This document shows positions 1 through 10,613 of a stretch of 64,000 nt of DNA, piece by piece (the stretch's first letter is position 1; each line of letters starts with the position of its first letter). A program made the position numbers and the translations under genes. A model generated the notes under the pieces. That model worked only from the letters and a program-made list of their open reading frames with translations, was not told the origin of the DNA and did no database searches. Source of the stretch: Thermoplasmata archaeon (GTDB lineage Archaea; Thermoplasmatota; Thermoplasmata; UBA10834); NCBI GenBank assembly GCA_035529455.1, contig DATKWQ010000052.1, forward strand, positions 5,966 to 69,965. The letters run 5' to 3'.

Positions 1-181
1 GATGCTCATCGCATTGGATACAATAATTGAGTCTGACCTCCCCTGGCTCGGGGTACAGGTCCAGGACGTTCATCCTTGATTCACTCGGGTTGAACTTGCC
101 GACGTGTGAGGCTGAGCACACGAGGGCACACATCTGACAACCGGTGCATTTCTCAACCTCTGCTTTCAAGCCTTTGCTCAT
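1..181 (-). CDS. 4Fe-4S ferredoxin-type iron-sulfur protein, 5' part only (gene continues past the window start)
   Basis: Reverse-complement translation from the ATG at 179-181 gives MSKGLKAEVEKCTGCQMCALVCSASHVGKFNPSESRMNVLDLYPEPGEVRLNYCIQCDEH. It contains a CxxCxxCxxxC motif and the start of a second CxxC cluster. It is absent from the ORF track because it is truncated at the edge. Confidence 0.55.
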   Translation of the reverse strand, partial: MSKGLKAEVEKCTGCQMCALVCSASHVGKFNPSESRMNVLDLYPEPGEVRLNYCIQCDEH

Positions 182-483
182 TACAGATTTCCTCCCAAAT
201 CAAAGTCCTCGAACGGGGCTCCGCGCGCGGAGAAGATGGATGCAGCTCACGTCAGAGCCCATTCATCCCCGCCCGACCGGCCCCCTAAGAGCGAGGATAT
301 GAACGGCAAAGCCGTATTAGTCATTGTCGGTTTTTCACTCAGATGCCAGTGTTTCAGATTATCCTTCGAAAACCGCCCCAGAATACGGGAAATCGATATG
401 CTCGGCCGAGCCTATCGGGTGGGGCGGCTCGCACTGGCGCAATTCAAATAGCGACGGCAACATATGCTCCGACGGGACACGGC

Positions 484-768
484 ATGAAGGACATCTTCTC
501 ACTCAGGAAAAGGAGGGCGGAACGGTCTAGGCCCGAGGCTCCTGCGAAAATCGAAGCCCCGGCCTACCGCGAGAGTGAGGAAGCGTTCGAGTACAGCGGA
601 CCGCGTCGGGGACAAGCAGTTGACGACGCTTTGCAGGCGGAGGACAGGAATGTCCTGCTCAAGGCGAACTTGAAGCCGCTCCCGCGATGTCCTGAGTGCG
701 CTACCGCCGTCGGTGATGGACAGAGGGAATGTCATCACTGCGGCCGAGGGTTGAGGAAGATGCCATGA
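484..768 (+). CDS. small hypothetical protein with a C-terminal zinc-ribbon (CPEC...CHHC)
   Basis: Internal ATG of ORF 343..768 (MKDIFSLRKRRAE...). Two CxxC pairs lie at the C-terminus. No homology recognised. Confidence 0.3.
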   Translation: MKDIFSLRKRRAERSRPEAPAKIEAPAYRESEEAFEYSGPRRGQAVDDALQAEDRNVLLKANLKPLPRCPECATAVGDGQRECHHCGRGLRKMP

Positions 769-820
769 CCGCTGACCAGAATGAGCGGATCGTCCTTTCC
801 TGGCCGGTGAGGGGACAGTT

Positions 821-1576
821 TTGATACCCGAAGGCGCTAGAGTCATGCTCATGGACGAACGCGATGGTAAGTTCATGTTCGTCGCTGAGCGTAAGATGGT
901 CGAGGTGCGGAGACTTGGAGTAGTAGACGGCTCCGCAGTATGTGACGCGTCATACGGGGACAGCATCTCAATAGGCGGCCGGCGGCTGCTGATCGTCAGA
1001 CCATCGATGATGGACATCATAGGGACGATCGAGAGGAAGGCCCAGGTCATCTCGCCCAAGGACGGCTTCGCTATGCCACACTACCTCGACATCTCCTGCG
1101 GGAGCAGGGTCATCGAGGGCGGCGTGGGGTCTGGCGCACTCACAATCGTGTTGCTCAAGTCGGTCGCTCCCGCGGGCCGCGTATACTCGTACGACCTCAG
1201 GGACGACCACGCCTCAGTGGCGAGGAGGAACATTGCTAGGGCGGGGCTTGAGGACTGCTGGGAGCTGAAGATAGGAGACATATGCACAGCGTCGCTTGAG
1301 GAGGACGTGGACGCCGTCGTGTTGGACATGCCCGACCCCTGGAACGCCGTCGGGAACGTCATCCGAGCACTCAGACATGGCGGGCATCTCTGCTGCTACG
1401 TTCCGAACGCGAACCAGCTGGAGACAGCGGTGAGGGCGATGCGGGATTCTGGTTTCCGGGAGTTGTTCTTGGTGGAGAACCTCCAGCGAGAGATGATTGT
1501 ACACGATGGCGGCGTGAGGCCCAGCTCCGAGATGGCCGGTCACACAGGATACCTTGCCTTCGGCAGGAAACTGTGA
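821..1576 (+). CDS. trmI: tRNA (adenine57/58-N1)-methyltransferase TrmI (Gcd14 family)
   Basis: SAM-MTase fold with a GGVGSGALT motif and the overall TrmI/Gcd14 pattern. Position 821 is a TTG start; an ATG at 845 is an alternative. Confidence 0.8.
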   Translation: MIPEGARVMLMDERDGKFMFVAERKMVEVRRLGVVDGSAVCDASYGDSISIGGRRLLIVRPSMMDIIGTIERKAQVISPKDGFAMPHYLDISCGSRVIEGGVGSGALTIVLLKSVAPAGRVYSYDLRDDHASVARRNIARAGLEDCWELKIGDICTASLEEDVDAVVLDMPDPWNAVGNVIRALRHGGHLCCYVPNANQLETAVRAMRDSGFRELFLVENLQREMIVHDGGVRPSSEMAGHTGYLAFGRKL

Positions 1577-1647
1577 GGGATAGGCGCGCGCCATTGCCCG
1601 TAAAGCTAAGTACACGCTATCATAATGCCGTCCCTGGTGACCGTTGT

Positions 1648-1887
1648 ATGGCTACTGCAGAGGTCAGGGTCACGCTGAAGAAAGGGGTAGCTGACCCGGA
1701 GGGAAAGAACACCCTGAAGGCTCTCGAGCTCCTCGGATTCGAAGGCGTCCGTGAGGTGAGGAGCGTGAAGGTATTCGAGATCGAAATGGACGGGAGGAAG
1801 GCCGAAGTGCAGAAGCGCGTCGAGGAGATGTGCGTTAGACTCCTCGCTAACCCCGTCGTACACGACTATTCCATCGCCGTAAAGTGA
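1648..1887 (+). CDS. purS: phosphoribosylformylglycinamidine synthase subunit PurS
   Basis: ~80-aa PurS-like protein (MATAEVRVTLKKGVADPEGKNTLKALELLGFEG...) immediately upstream of purL. Start trimmed to the internal ATG at 1648. Confidence 0.85.
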   Translation: MATAEVRVTLKKGVADPEGKNTLKALELLGFEGVREVRSVKVFEIEMDGRKAEVQKRVEEMCVRLLANPVVHDYSIAVK

Positions 1888-1896
1888 GGGGGCCGA

Positions 1897-4230
1897 ATGT
1901 CAAAGGCGACTTTGTACGCTCCTCAGGATGTACCCTTTGAGCTCCGAGAGGTGAACCTAGCGGAAGCGTCGGATGATGACCTCGCGGACATCAGCGATGA
2001 GAGTGGGACAGGCCTATCCGTCGAGGAGATGCGCAGTATCAAGGAGTACTTCGGCAAGAAGGGTAGGAATCCCACCGATGTGGAACTCCAGTCGATCGGC
2101 CAAGCCTGGAGCGAGCACTGTTGCTACAAGAGCTCCAAGGTATTTCTGAGGGAATACGTCTTCGGCATAAACAACCGTCATGTCATAGACCGTGGGGATG
2201 CGGGCGTCATGGAGTTCGACAAGGACCACGCCTACGCCCTGCGGGTCGAGAGCCACAACCATCCCAGCGCAGTCGAGCCTTACGGCGGAGCGGCGACCGG
2301 CATAGGAGGCATCCTCAGGGACGTACTATGCATGGGCGCCCAGCCGATTGCGCTTGTCGACCCCCTGTTCTTCGGACCACTCGACTACGCGTTCGAGAAA
2401 CTCCCTGAGGGGATCAAGCATCCGAAGTACCTCCTCGGAGGCGTTGTGGCCGGAATCAGGGACTACGGAAACAGGGTGGGCGTGCCCACCATATCCGGAG
2501 GGCTGTGGTTCGACGAGAGCTACGTCGGCAACTGTCTGGTCAACGTGGGCTGTATAGGGATCGCCGAGAAGGATGACATCCGAAGGAATGCGGTCAAAGG
2601 CCCTGGTGACGTCCTCGTACTCGTAGGCGGACGGACCGGAAGGGACGGCATCCACGGAGTCACTTTCGCGTCCGCGGTGCTTACGGAGGAGAGCGAGACG
2701 GAGTCGAGGGGGGCGGTGCAGCTTGGAGACCCGATCATGAAGGAGCCCGTTATTCACGCCGTCCTCGAGGCCAATGAACGGAAGCTCGTCAACGGCATGA
2801 AAGACCTCGGCGGAGGCGGGCTGTCGTGCGTAGTCGGCGAGATAGCCCTTGCAGGCGGTTGCGGGGCGGAGGTGGATCTCTCCAAGGTACCTCTCAAGGA
2901 GGAGGGGCTGGCGCCGTGGGAGATCTGGGTATCCGAATCACAGGAGAGGATGATGCTCTCCGTATCCTCGCGTAACCTCGACAAGGTCCTGCACATCTTC
3001 AAGCTCTGGGACGTCCCCGCGACACCCGTTGGACGGATAGTCCGCGAGAAGTCTGTGAGGCTGTTCTTCAGAGACGTCAAGGTCTTCGACCTCGAACTGG
3101 AGTTCCTCACGGCAGGGCCGGAGTACTGTCGCCCGTGTGCTGCGAGCCCAGCTCGCAGGGGCGGGAAGGAGGTGACTCCGAAAGCGAGGGACAAGTACGA
3201 CGATGTCCTCCTCAGACTCCTTTCAGATTATAACATATGCAACAGGGATTGGGCCATCCGTCAATACGATCATGAGGTGAGAGCGAGCACGGTCTTGAAA
3301 CCGCTTCAGGGGAAGATTGGCCACTGGTCCCACGGCGACGCCGCGGTGCTCAAGCCCGTCGAAGAGTCGTTCCGTGGACTCGCCGTCGCCACTGCCTCAA
3401 ACCCGTTCGCAGTCGGCATCGACCCGTACAGAGGAGGCAAGACGTGCGTGGACGAGGCCTGCAGGAACCTGGCCGCCGTCGGGGCTCGCCCGCACTCGCT
3501 CACGGACTGCCTCAACTTCGGAAACCCGGAGAAGCCGGAAAGGCTGTGGGAGTTCAGAGAGGCGGTCAGAGGTATAGGCGAGGTCGCGAAGGACCTCAAC
3601 CTGCCGATACCATCAGGCAATGTCAGTTTCTACAACGAATCGCCGACTGGATCCGTCCTCCCGACGCCCACCATCGTCGGATGTGGCATAGTCCGTGACA
3701 TCCGCAAATGCGTGACCTCGGACCTCAAACGCGAGGGGGACCCGCTGTTCCTGGTCGGAGAGACCATGCCTGAGATGGGCGCCTCCGCATACTACAGGAT
3801 GACCAAGGGATACTCGTCAAAGGTTCCGGATGTGGACCTGCGGGCGCTCAGGGCAGGCATCGACATCATAGTCGACGGCGTGGAGCGCGGAGCGATTGTG
3901 GCCTGTCACGACATCTCAGACGGCGGCCTCGCGGTCGCACTGGCGGAGATGTGCATCGGTGGCGACATCGGCGCGGATGTCGCGCTCGAGTCACTTGGCC
4001 ATCTGAGGTCGGACACGAAGCTGTTCGCAGAGGGCAACAGCAGGTGGCTGGTGGAGGTCAAGAGAGGCAAGGAGAGACAGCTCCGGAGAGACCGTGCGAC
4101 CAAGGTCGCAAAAATCGGCCATGTCAGAGGGGACGGACTCACTGTCTCGTCCGGGAGGAAGCTCGTCGATGTGAGCGTCGACCGAATGGCGCGCAAGTTC
4201 AACGAACCCCTGTGGAGGATGGTCGGATGA
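1897..4230 (+). CDS. purL: phosphoribosylformylglycinamidine synthase II PurL
   Basis: 777 aa with typical PurL blocks (FGKKGRNPTDVELQSIGQAWSEHCCYKSSK, AIR-synthase-like domains) in purS-purL-purQ order. Confidence 0.95.
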   Translation: MSKATLYAPQDVPFELREVNLAEASDDDLADISDESGTGLSVEEMRSIKEYFGKKGRNPTDVELQSIGQAWSEHCCYKSSKVFLREYVFGINNRHVIDRGDAGVMEFDKDHAYALRVESHNHPSAVEPYGGAATGIGGILRDVLCMGAQPIALVDPLFFGPLDYAFEKLPEGIKHPKYLLGGVVAGIRDYGNRVGVPTISGGLWFDESYVGNCLVNVGCIGIAEKDDIRRNAVKGPGDVLVLVGGRTGRDGIHGVTFASAVLTEESETESRGAVQLGDPIMKEPVIHAVLEANERKLVNGMKDLGGGGLSCVVGEIALAGGCGAEVDLSKVPLKEEGLAPWEIWVSESQERMMLSVSSRNLDKVLHIFKLWDVPATPVGRIVREKSVRLFFRDVKVFDLELEFLTAGPEYCRPCAASPARRGGKEVTPKARDKYDDVLLRLLSDYNICNRDWAIRQYDHEVRASTVLKPLQGKIGHWSHGDAAVLKPVEESFRGLAVATASNPFAVGIDPYRGGKTCVDEACRNLAAVGARPHSLTDCLNFGNPEKPERLWEFREAVRGIGEVAKDLNLPIPSGNVSFYNESPTGSVLPTPTIVGCGIVRDIRKCVTSDLKREGDPLFLVGETMPEMGASAYYRMTKGYSSKVPDVDLRALRAGIDIIVDGVERGAIVACHDISDGGLAVALAEMCIGGDIGADVALESLGHLRSDTKLFAEGNSRWLVEVKRGKERQLRRDRATKVAKIGHVRGDGLTVSSGRKLVDVSVDRMARKFNEPLWRMVG

Positions 4231-5057
4231 AGGTGAGCGACGCGAAGGTCTGCGTCCTCAGGATAGAGGGGACAAACTGCGAGGAGGAATCGTACCAGTG
4301 CTTCAAGCGACTCGGCGCCAAGCCGGAGAAGGTGCATCTGAAGCAGCTAACGGGCACGGACATCACATCCGACGAGAAACGCTCCCTTTCAGACTACCAA
4401 CTATTGGTATTACCAGGAGGATTCTCGGCGGGGGACTACGTCCGTGCGGGGGCCATCTTCGCCGCCAGGCTGAGGAGCCGATTGTCCACCGACCTCAAGG
4501 AGTTCGTCCGCGAGGGAAAACCGATCCTCGGCATCTGCAACGGCTTCCAGATACTGGTCGAGACCGGTTTGCTCCCGGCGATGTCCGGCATCATGTCCAA
4601 TGTCCCCGAGGCCGTGTTGGGAACGAACGATTCTGCCCGGTTCGAATGCAGGCCGACACTGCTCAAGAAGGTCAATCGCGGCAACTGCGTCTTCTCTACC
4701 AACATCCCCGACGACAAGATCTCCATGTTCCCATCCGCCCACGCCGAGGGCAAGCTGATGTTCCCCGTCGACCGGGCGAAGGCAATCGTCAGGGAGCTGG
4801 AGGACAACGACCAGATCGTGTTCAAATACGTCGACCCCGACGGCGACATCGCAGGCTACCCGTGGTGCCCGAGCGGGTCGACCGAGAACATCGCTGGCCT
4901 GTGCAACCGAGAGGGGAATGTCTTCGGCGTGATGCCTCATCCGGAACGCGTGTTCTTCAGATTCACCCATCCGGACTGGACCAGAAACCCCGACGGGGAC
5001 GGCGATGGCCGTGCGGTGTTCGAATCGGTCCTCGACTACGTCTCGAAGAAGATGTGA
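4227..5057 (+). CDS. purQ: phosphoribosylformylglycinamidine synthase I PurQ (glutamine amidotransferase)
   Basis: The ATG at 4227 overlaps the purL stop (ATGA). Class-I GATase with GICNGFQ (Cys nucleophile), 277 aa. Confidence 0.95.
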   Translation: MKVSDAKVCVLRIEGTNCEEESYQCFKRLGAKPEKVHLKQLTGTDITSDEKRSLSDYQLLVLPGGFSAGDYVRAGAIFAARLRSRLSTDLKEFVREGKPILGICNGFQILVETGLLPAMSGIMSNVPEAVLGTNDSARFECRPTLLKKVNRGNCVFSTNIPDDKISMFPSAHAEGKLMFPVDRAKAIVRELEDNDQIVFKYVDPDGDIAGYPWCPSGSTENIAGLCNREGNVFGVMPHPERVFFRFTHPDWTRNPDGDGDGRAVFESVLDYVSKKM

Positions 5058-5064
5058 GCGGGGC

Positions 5065-5721
5065 TCACAGAGACACGACGAGTTCCACCTGGTCGCCGTC
5101 CTTCAGTCCCAGGGACCGGCGGAGATGGTACTTGCATATGACCTCGATGATGTCCGTGTGATGTGAACGGACGGGCAACACCACGGCGCACTCCATGTTG
5201 TGTATCGACGCGAGGAAACATTTGACGTCACCGAAGGTCCGGCCGTCCTTCTCGAATCCCTTTATGAGTATGCCCTCAGATTTCTTGAGTATCTCTATCT
5301 TGGGAAGCTCTGGGCTGGATATCCTCAGGTTGAGCGTCCCCTCATAGGGCTTGAACCAGAGCTTCTTCTGGAACTGTTCCGCGTAGGCATCCTGGTTGAC
5401 ATAGTACTGCCCCTCACCTAGGCCGGAGGCAACAACCCCGATTATGACCAGGTGGTCCTTCATCTCGAATATTCGTTGATAGTCCGAGTACTCCTTGCGC
5501 AGGAGGTCGAATCCCTTGTCCGTGAGCTTTATGCGCTGACGCCTCGCACCGAGGTCCCTCTCGATCAGGCCTTCGCCGAGCAGCTCCAGAATCTTCTTGG
5601 AGGCGGATTGCTGGCTTATCTCGAGCACGTTCCCGAGCTCCCTCGAGGATATGGCGATATAATCATGGACACCACCCATCAGGGCGATGTGCTTCAGCGT
5701 AGCTATCTGCTTCTCGTGCAT
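5065..5721 (-). CDS. ribK: CTP-dependent riboflavin kinase (archaeal RibK) with N-terminal winged-HTH domain
   Basis: N-terminal HTH followed by an MJ0056-type riboflavin kinase domain (HLVIIGVVASGLGEGQYY...GTLNLR). Last gene of the S6e-aIF2g-PIN operon. Confidence 0.7.
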   Translation of the reverse strand: MHEKQIATLKHIALMGGVHDYIAISSRELGNVLEISQQSASKKILELLGEGLIERDLGARRQRIKLTDKGFDLLRKEYSDYQRIFEMKDHLVIIGVVASGLGEGQYYVNQDAYAEQFQKKLWFKPYEGTLNLRISSPELPKIEILKKSEGILIKGFEKDGRTFGDVKCFLASIHNMECAVVLPVRSHHTDIIEVICKYHLRRSLGLKDGDQVELVVSL

Positions 5722-5797
5722 GTTATCCTTCGGATTAGCGTTGCCTCATAATATGTTTTCGACTGTCACGGTGTGATGCTGGTGGTTTCTGCCATCG

Positions 5798-6166
5798 TCA
5801 ATCAGCGCCTTGGCCCGTAAGCACGAGGTATCTCTCACTCCTGAGGCGCACCACGGGCAGGCCGACCCCTTTGAGGCGGGACATCAGCTCGCGGTCGTTC
5901 GTCACGACCGCTGCCTCGTTCCGCACGGCCACATCGAGGACTCCGTCGTCCCCGGCCAGCTCGGTCTCCACAACCTCGTACTTGCCGGCAAGGGCGAGTG
6001 CGGCCTTGGCTTCGCGCGTCTGCAGTCGCGAGATCTCATCCACCACCGACGACGGGACCACGACCCTTATCTCCCCCAAGAGGCGGGAGATCTCCTTGTC
6101 AAGGTTCATCCTGAACTGGAATGGCATTAGAAGCGCGTTCGCATCGAGCACTAGAGCTTTCACCAA
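5798..6166 (-). CDS. PIN-domain nuclease (Fcf1/Utp23-like, COG1412-type) conserved downstream of aIF2gamma
   Basis: MVKALVLDANALL...TNDRELMSRLKG shows PIN-domain acidic-residue spacing. The position after eIF2gamma is a conserved archaeal arrangement. Confidence 0.6.
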   Translation of the reverse strand: MVKALVLDANALLMPFQFRMNLDKEISRLLGEIRVVVPSSVVDEISRLQTREAKAALALAGKYEVVETELAGDDGVLDVAVRNEAAVVTNDRELMSRLKGVGLPVVRLRSERYLVLTGQGAD

Positions 6167-6185
6167 TTGTCCTCACGACCGGAGT

Positions 6186-7418
6186 CTATTGGACCACGCC
6201 ATAACCTATAAGCCGCCACTTCCCCGCAATCCTCCTCGATATGGCTATGCGCTGGTCCTTCTCTGCGCACACGGGTATCTTCAACGATATGTCGGCTGAG
6301 TCTGACCTTCCGCTCTTGACCACTCCCACCGTCGTTGCGGTCCCTACGCTAAGCATCAGCGGTTCGTTCGTCTTCAACGCCTCCACGGCGAGGTCCGATG
6401 AGACACCGACAACGCGTTTCAGGAGCTCGGTCTTGATGGCGAGGGATTCGGTTATTTCAGGGAGCGAGTCCGGCGCGCCAGCGATGCGCCCGACCAGCGA
6501 ATCGGACTTGGCGAAGGCGGGATCCAGGCCCGTTCCTATGGCAACGAGGCCGCCAGGCGTGGCTGCCTTGAGCTTGAGGGTCCCGGCTACGAGTGAACGC
6601 ACGGTCGTGACCATCGGCTCCCATGACGCGCCGCGGCTGGTCTCGACCTTTCTTCCTGGCCGTATCTCGATTGGGTCTCCCACCTTCAGACTGCCACGGA
6701 TGAGCGAACCGCCTATGACGGCGCCCTTCAATTCATTCAGTTCCGTGCCCGGAGAGTTCACGTCGAACGACCTGGCGATGTACATCCTGACCGGCTCCGT
6801 CTCGGAGTACTCCACAGCGGGGATGGCCTTCTCGATCGCCATGATGAGCGTGTCGATGTTCATGTTGTGATGTGCTGATATTGGGATAATAGGGGCGTTC
6901 TCAGCGATGGTCCCCTTGAGGAACTTCCTTATCTCCTCGTAGTTCTCCATCGCCTGCTCCTTCGTCACCAGGTCGATCTTGTTCTGGACAACGATGATCT
7001 TGTCGACGCCGATTATGCTCAGGGCCATCAGATGTTCGCGCGTCTGAGGCTGAGGGCATGGTTCGTTGGCGGCGACCAGCAGGAGCGCGCCGTTCATGAT
7101 GGCTGCCCCGGACAGCATCGTGGCCATCAGGGTCTCGTGGCCGGGCGAGTCGACGAAGGACACCGCCCTCTGAAGCTCGCACTTCCCGCCGCAGTTGGGG
7201 CATTCAGGCTGGTTCGTGTAACACTCAGAACCTTTGCAGCTGCTGCATTTGTAGAACGCGGCGTCCGCATATCCCAGCCGGATCGAAATGCCTCTCTTGA
7301 CCTCTTCGGAATGACGGTCGGTCCATTCTCCAGTCAGGGCTTTCGTCAGCGTGGTCTTGCCATGGTCCACATGGCCGATCATGCCGATGTTGATCTCCGG
7401 CTGGACAGGAACATTCAT
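6186..7418 (-). CDS. eif2g: translation initiation factor 2 subunit gamma (aIF2-gamma)
   Basis: [10 protein letters not shown]-loop, a zinc knuckle ([10 protein letters not shown]...CPNCGG) and the EF-Tu-like domain II/III. The stop is TAG, and the start overlaps the S6e stop. Confidence 0.95.
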   Translation of the reverse strand: MNVPVQPEINIGMIGHVDHGKTTLTKALTGEWTDRHSEEVKRGISIRLGYADAAFYKCSSCKGSECYTNQPECPNCGGKCELQRAVSFVDSPGHETLMATMLSGAAIMNGALLLVAANEPCPQPQTREHLMALSIIGVDKIIVVQNKIDLVTKEQAMENYEEIRKFLKGTIAENAPIIPISAHHNMNIDTLIMAIEKAIPAVEYSETEPVRMYIARSFDVNSPGTELNELKGAVIGGSLIRGSLKVGDPIEIRPGRKVETSRGASWEPMVTTVRSLVAGTLKLKAATPGGLVAIGTGLDPAFAKSDSLVGRIAGAPDSLPEITESLAIKTELLKRVVGVSSDLAVEALKTNEPLMLSVGTATTVGVVKSGRSDSADISLKIPVCAEKDQRIAISRRIAGKWRLIGYGVVQ

Positions 7419-7813
7419 TCCTCTTTCTTCTCCTCTTTGTTGATGAGTTCGGAGACCGGCTTCGCGCCGTGCTGTGTGACTTTCAGATTGACCTGGACGG
7501 TGTCGGGAGAGACTGCGTTACCCCTGAAGCTCTTCTTCTTCCTCAGGCCCTTCTCCTCTGACCGGAAGCCTATGCTCTTGGAGACCAGTAGCCTCTTTCT
7601 CCGGGGGCCTGGAAGGTCTTTCCTCATGGGGAATCCGTCCTTGTCGCTCCCACCAGTAATCATGAGCTTATACCCCGGAAGTCCGACGAAGATGCCGTCT
7701 ATGATGTCGCCGATCCTCTTGCCGATCAGCGAGTTCGCATGGTGTCCCGTAACGGGAGCCTGATAAGACTTTCCGTCCTTCGTATCATTTATGACGGCTC
7801 TGAAATCTGCCAC
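7415..7813 (-). CDS. rps6e: 30S ribosomal protein S6e
   Basis: The C-terminal 130 aa of ORF 7415..8056 match S6e ([12 protein letters not shown]...[15 protein letters not shown]...). The upstream part of the ORF is not protein-like, so the start is placed at a GTG (7811-7813). Confidence 0.8.
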   Translation of the reverse strand: MADFRAVINDTKDGKSYQAPVTGHHANSLIGKRIGDIIDGIFVGLPGYKLMITGGSDKDGFPMRKDLPGPRRKRLLVSKSIGFRSEEKGLRKKKSFRGNAVSPDTVQVNLKVTQHGAKPVSELINKEEKKEE

Positions 7814-7913
7814 ACAATCCACTCCGGTATAGCAGGACGCCCTAATGCGCAAGGAGTTATATAGGTTTCGGGAGCGAAATCCCTCCCTGGAACGATTGCG
7901 TTCCGGGCGCGGA

Positions 7914-9698
7914 TCAGCTTCCCCAGAACGGGTTTTCCTTCCGCCGTATCGCCACGACCTTGTCGAGAACCTCTGTCTCGTCGAACGACAGCTTCTGCTC
8001 CAAGAGCTGTCTCGCGTGGCCTTCGGGTATGTCCACGAACAGCACGTCCTCGACATCTATCTGCCTGCCGACGGTGGCGTCGTCTATGGCAATGGCCACC
8101 TCGTCGCCCATCTTGGCCTCGCGCATGGTCTTTTCCCCGCTCCTGATGCTCTTTATGCGGCCAACCGTCTTGCCGTCCACTCTCATGAGCGACTGGCCCT
8201 GCCGTATCCTCCCCGCCAGGACGCGTACACCGACGATGGCGGGCTTGCTGACCCTGAACACATGGTCTCGGAGGATGGACACTTTCCCGGGGAATGAGAT
8301 GTCAAGCCTGCTCTGGGCCTCCAGCTCCTTCGTGCGTTCCTCGCACCACAGGTCGTAATCTTCCAGGAGTCTGTAGACGACCTTGTTCTCGAATAGCGTG
8401 ACCCCGGTCTCTCGGGCCGCGTCGCGGGCGTCTGGATTGACCTCGACGTTGAACGCGAACAGTGCTCTGTGAAGGGGGTTGTCGAAATTAGATGCCTCCA
8501 TGACATCCTTCCTGGACACGTTCCCCATATCGATCTTCCTTATAGGCAGCTCCGCGTTCTTGGCCTCGAACGCAAGGGCTTCGAGCGAGCCGATGGTATC
8601 GCCCCTGACGATTATGCCCTGGTCGGAGAGTTCTGCTCGTATGCAGCTCTCCTTCTCGACCTCGCAGATGACCTCCTCGAGGTTATCGGCGACGACGCGC
8701 ACCTGCCCTCCAGCCATGGCGTCCACGAGATTGGGCGCCACTATCCTGATGCCAGCAGCGGCTGAGACGGACTTGACCTTGTCAAAACGCTGGCTTGGGT
8801 CCCTTATCTCGTCAAGTGGCCTGGGCCGAAGAAGGGCGCGTATCTTGGTCTGAATCGGCTCCCCCTTCGTCGATGATATGACGATGAGGTCGCCGACGCT
8901 CATCGTCCCTCTGTAGATTATCGTGTCTATCGCGGTCCCTATCCCCTTGTCCTCCTTGACTTCCAGGACGGACCCCTCGCCGGGGCCCTCCTCGGTGCTT
9001 AGGTCGGAGCCAAGGAACCTCTGGGCAAGGCCTATGAGCATGAGCAGCAGATCAGGCAGGCCCTCCCCGGTCTTGCCACTGACGGGTACGATCGCCACCG
9101 ACTTGGTGAAATCGTTGATCTTGTCGAACCTGTCCGCGCTGAAACCGCCGATCTCGTACATCCTGCCAGCGAGCGCGTAAATCTTGTCGTCGAGCTCGGA
9201 GACGACGCGGGGGTCCTGCGCCTGGAGCGATACGCCGATAGGCTTGTCCGCCTGGGCCCGCCATCCTGGTATCAGGTCGATCTTGTTCGCCGCGATGACG
9301 AACGGTGTCTTCAGTTTCTTGAGTATATGTATCGACTCGACCGTCTGGGGCTTCATACCCTCGTTGATGTCAATCACGAGCACGACGAGGTCGGCCAACG
9401 CGCCGCCCCTGCTCCGCAGGCTCACGAACGAGTAGTGGCCTGGCGTGTCGATGAACAGGAGGCCAGGCACGCTGAACTTCCGGTCGCCGATCAGGCTCTG
9501 GCACTGAGCGTATATCGCATCGATAGGGACGTCCGTGGCTCCGATGTGCTGAGTGATGCCTCCCGCCTCTCTGGACACCACCTTGGTACCCCTGATGCGG
9601 TCAAGGATTGTCGACTTGCCATGGTCAACATGGCCAAGTACGGATACTATCGGCTGTCTAATAGGCACGGATTCGCCAAAGGCTGAACGGTATATCAA
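7914..9698 (-). CDS. infB: translation initiation factor aIF5B (IF-2 homolog)
   Basis: 594 aa, with VLGHVDHGKSTILD in the G-domain and the aIF5B domain order. No intein. Confidence 0.95.
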   Translation of the reverse strand: MIYRSAFGESVPIRQPIVSVLGHVDHGKSTILDRIRGTKVVSREAGGITQHIGATDVPIDAIYAQCQSLIGDRKFSVPGLLFIDTPGHYSFVSLRSRGGALADLVVLVIDINEGMKPQTVESIHILKKLKTPFVIAANKIDLIPGWRAQADKPIGVSLQAQDPRVVSELDDKIYALAGRMYEIGGFSADRFDKINDFTKSVAIVPVSGKTGEGLPDLLLMLIGLAQRFLGSDLSTEEGPGEGSVLEVKEDKGIGTAIDTIIYRGTMSVGDLIVISSTKGEPIQTKIRALLRPRPLDEIRDPSQRFDKVKSVSAAAGIRIVAPNLVDAMAGGQVRVVADNLEEVICEVEKESCIRAELSDQGIIVRGDTIGSLEALAFEAKNAELPIRKIDMGNVSRKDVMEASNFDNPLHRALFAFNVEVNPDARDAARETGVTLFENKVVYRLLEDYDLWCEERTKELEAQSRLDISFPGKVSILRDHVFRVSKPAIVGVRVLAGRIRQGQSLMRVDGKTVGRIKSIRSGEKTMREAKMGDEVAIAIDDATVGRQIDVEDVLFVDIPEGHARQLLEQKLSFDETEVLDKVVAIRRKENPFWGS

Positions 9699-9783
9699 AT
9701 TAACCTATTAGCGTGAAAGATGAAGCTGGGCGCTGATCAGATGAGATGTCTATCGAACCCTGCCATCTACGGCGCTGAGAAGT

Positions 9784-10242
9784 CTATTCCTCGAACAGCC
9801 AGCCCTCGTCGGGCTTCTGATATTTGTGCAGCTCGTAATCGTTGAAGAACAGGCTTATCTCTCTCCGCGCACTCTCGGATGAGTCGGAGCCATGGACCAC
9901 GTTCCTGCCGGTCACCTGCGCGAGGTCGCCTCGGATGGTTCCAGGCATCGCGTCCTGTGGGTTCGTCTTGCCCATCATGGACCTGACGACAGCGACCGCA
10001 TTCTCGCCTTCGAGAACCATGCAGACGGACGGGCCTGAGGTGATGTATGCGAGGAGCGGTTCGAAGAATGGCTTATCCCTATGCTCCTCGTAGTGACGCT
10101 CCGCGAGCTCCTTCGGGATGCGCATGATCTTCAGAGCCGCCAGCTTGAAACCGCGCCGTTCGAACCGGGAGACTATCTCCCCGACGAGAGCCCTCTGGAC
10201 GCCGTCAGGCTTGACCATGACGAACGTGCGCTCCATCATCAC
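9784..10242 (-). CDS. ndk: nucleoside diphosphate kinase
   Basis: [14 protein letters not shown]...NVVHGSDS contains the NDK active-site His motif. 152 aa. Confidence 0.95.
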   Translation of the reverse strand: MMMERTFVMVKPDGVQRALVGEIVSRFERRGFKLAALKIMRIPKELAERHYEEHRDKPFFEPLLAYITSGPSVCMVLEGENAVAVVRSMMGKTNPQDAMPGTIRGDLAQVTGRNVVHGSDSSESARREISLFFNDYELHKYQKPDEGWLFEE

Positions 10243-10580
10243 TCATCACCCTTGTCGGCCTCTGGTCCATCCGCAGCTTCGGACTCAGCTGGCGCGACAC
10301 CCTTGACGGGCGCGGGCTTCTTTGACTTCGCGCGTGTCCTCACCTTGCGCGCCTTCTTCGGCTCGGGCTCTGCCTCTGCCCCCTTGAGCCTGACCTGCTT
10401 CTCTCTGGCGTACCAGCTCGTCCATGTCGTGCGCCTCGGCACGCGCTTGAGCTCGACCATGTTCTTGTAACACTTGGAAGTGCAGAACTGATATGTGACG
10501 CCGTCCTTCTTGATGTACATCCTGCCAGTCCCTGGCTCTATCTCGTTACCACAGAAAGTACAGACCCTTCGCTCCACCAT
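10239..10580 (-). CDS. rpl24e: 50S ribosomal protein L24e with extended Lys/Ala/Glu-rich C-terminal tail
   Basis: Zinc-binding CTFCG...C..C L24e core (~60 aa) followed by a ~50-aa low-complexity tail. The stop overlaps the ndk start. Confidence 0.9.
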   Translation of the reverse strand: MVERRVCTFCGNEIEPGTGRMYIKKDGVTYQFCTSKCYKNMVELKRVPRRTTWTSWYAREKQVRLKGAEAEPEPKKARKVRTRAKSKKPAPVKGVAPAESEAADGPEADKGDE

Positions 10581-10613
10581 TGAACATCACCTCGCTTGCT
10601 TGGTCTCAGCGCA

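Noticed and set aside
4298-5161. 287-aa plus-strand ORF overlapping purQ in another frame
   Set aside because: It reads as an Arg/Pro/Gly-rich artefact of GC-rich sequence, while purQ in the other frame has the full GATase signature.
6241-6870. 209-aa plus-strand ORF antisense to aIF2gamma, and the other antisense ORFs of the same kind across the window (e.g. 2326..2757, 8479..8853, 17109..18257, 42582..43013, 43695..44294)
   Set aside because: All lie opposite strongly supported genes, are Ser/Thr/Ala/Pro-rich and show no motif content. They are typical shadow ORFs of high-GC DNA.
9699-9783. Possible C/D-box sRNA between infB and ndk (AGATGAAG ... CTGA ... AGATGAG ... CTGA)
   Set aside because: The box sequences each carry mismatches to RUGAUGA, and the guide spacings (9 nt and ~30 nt) do not fit the 10-12 nt archaeal rule. 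It is more likely a 5' leader or spacer.
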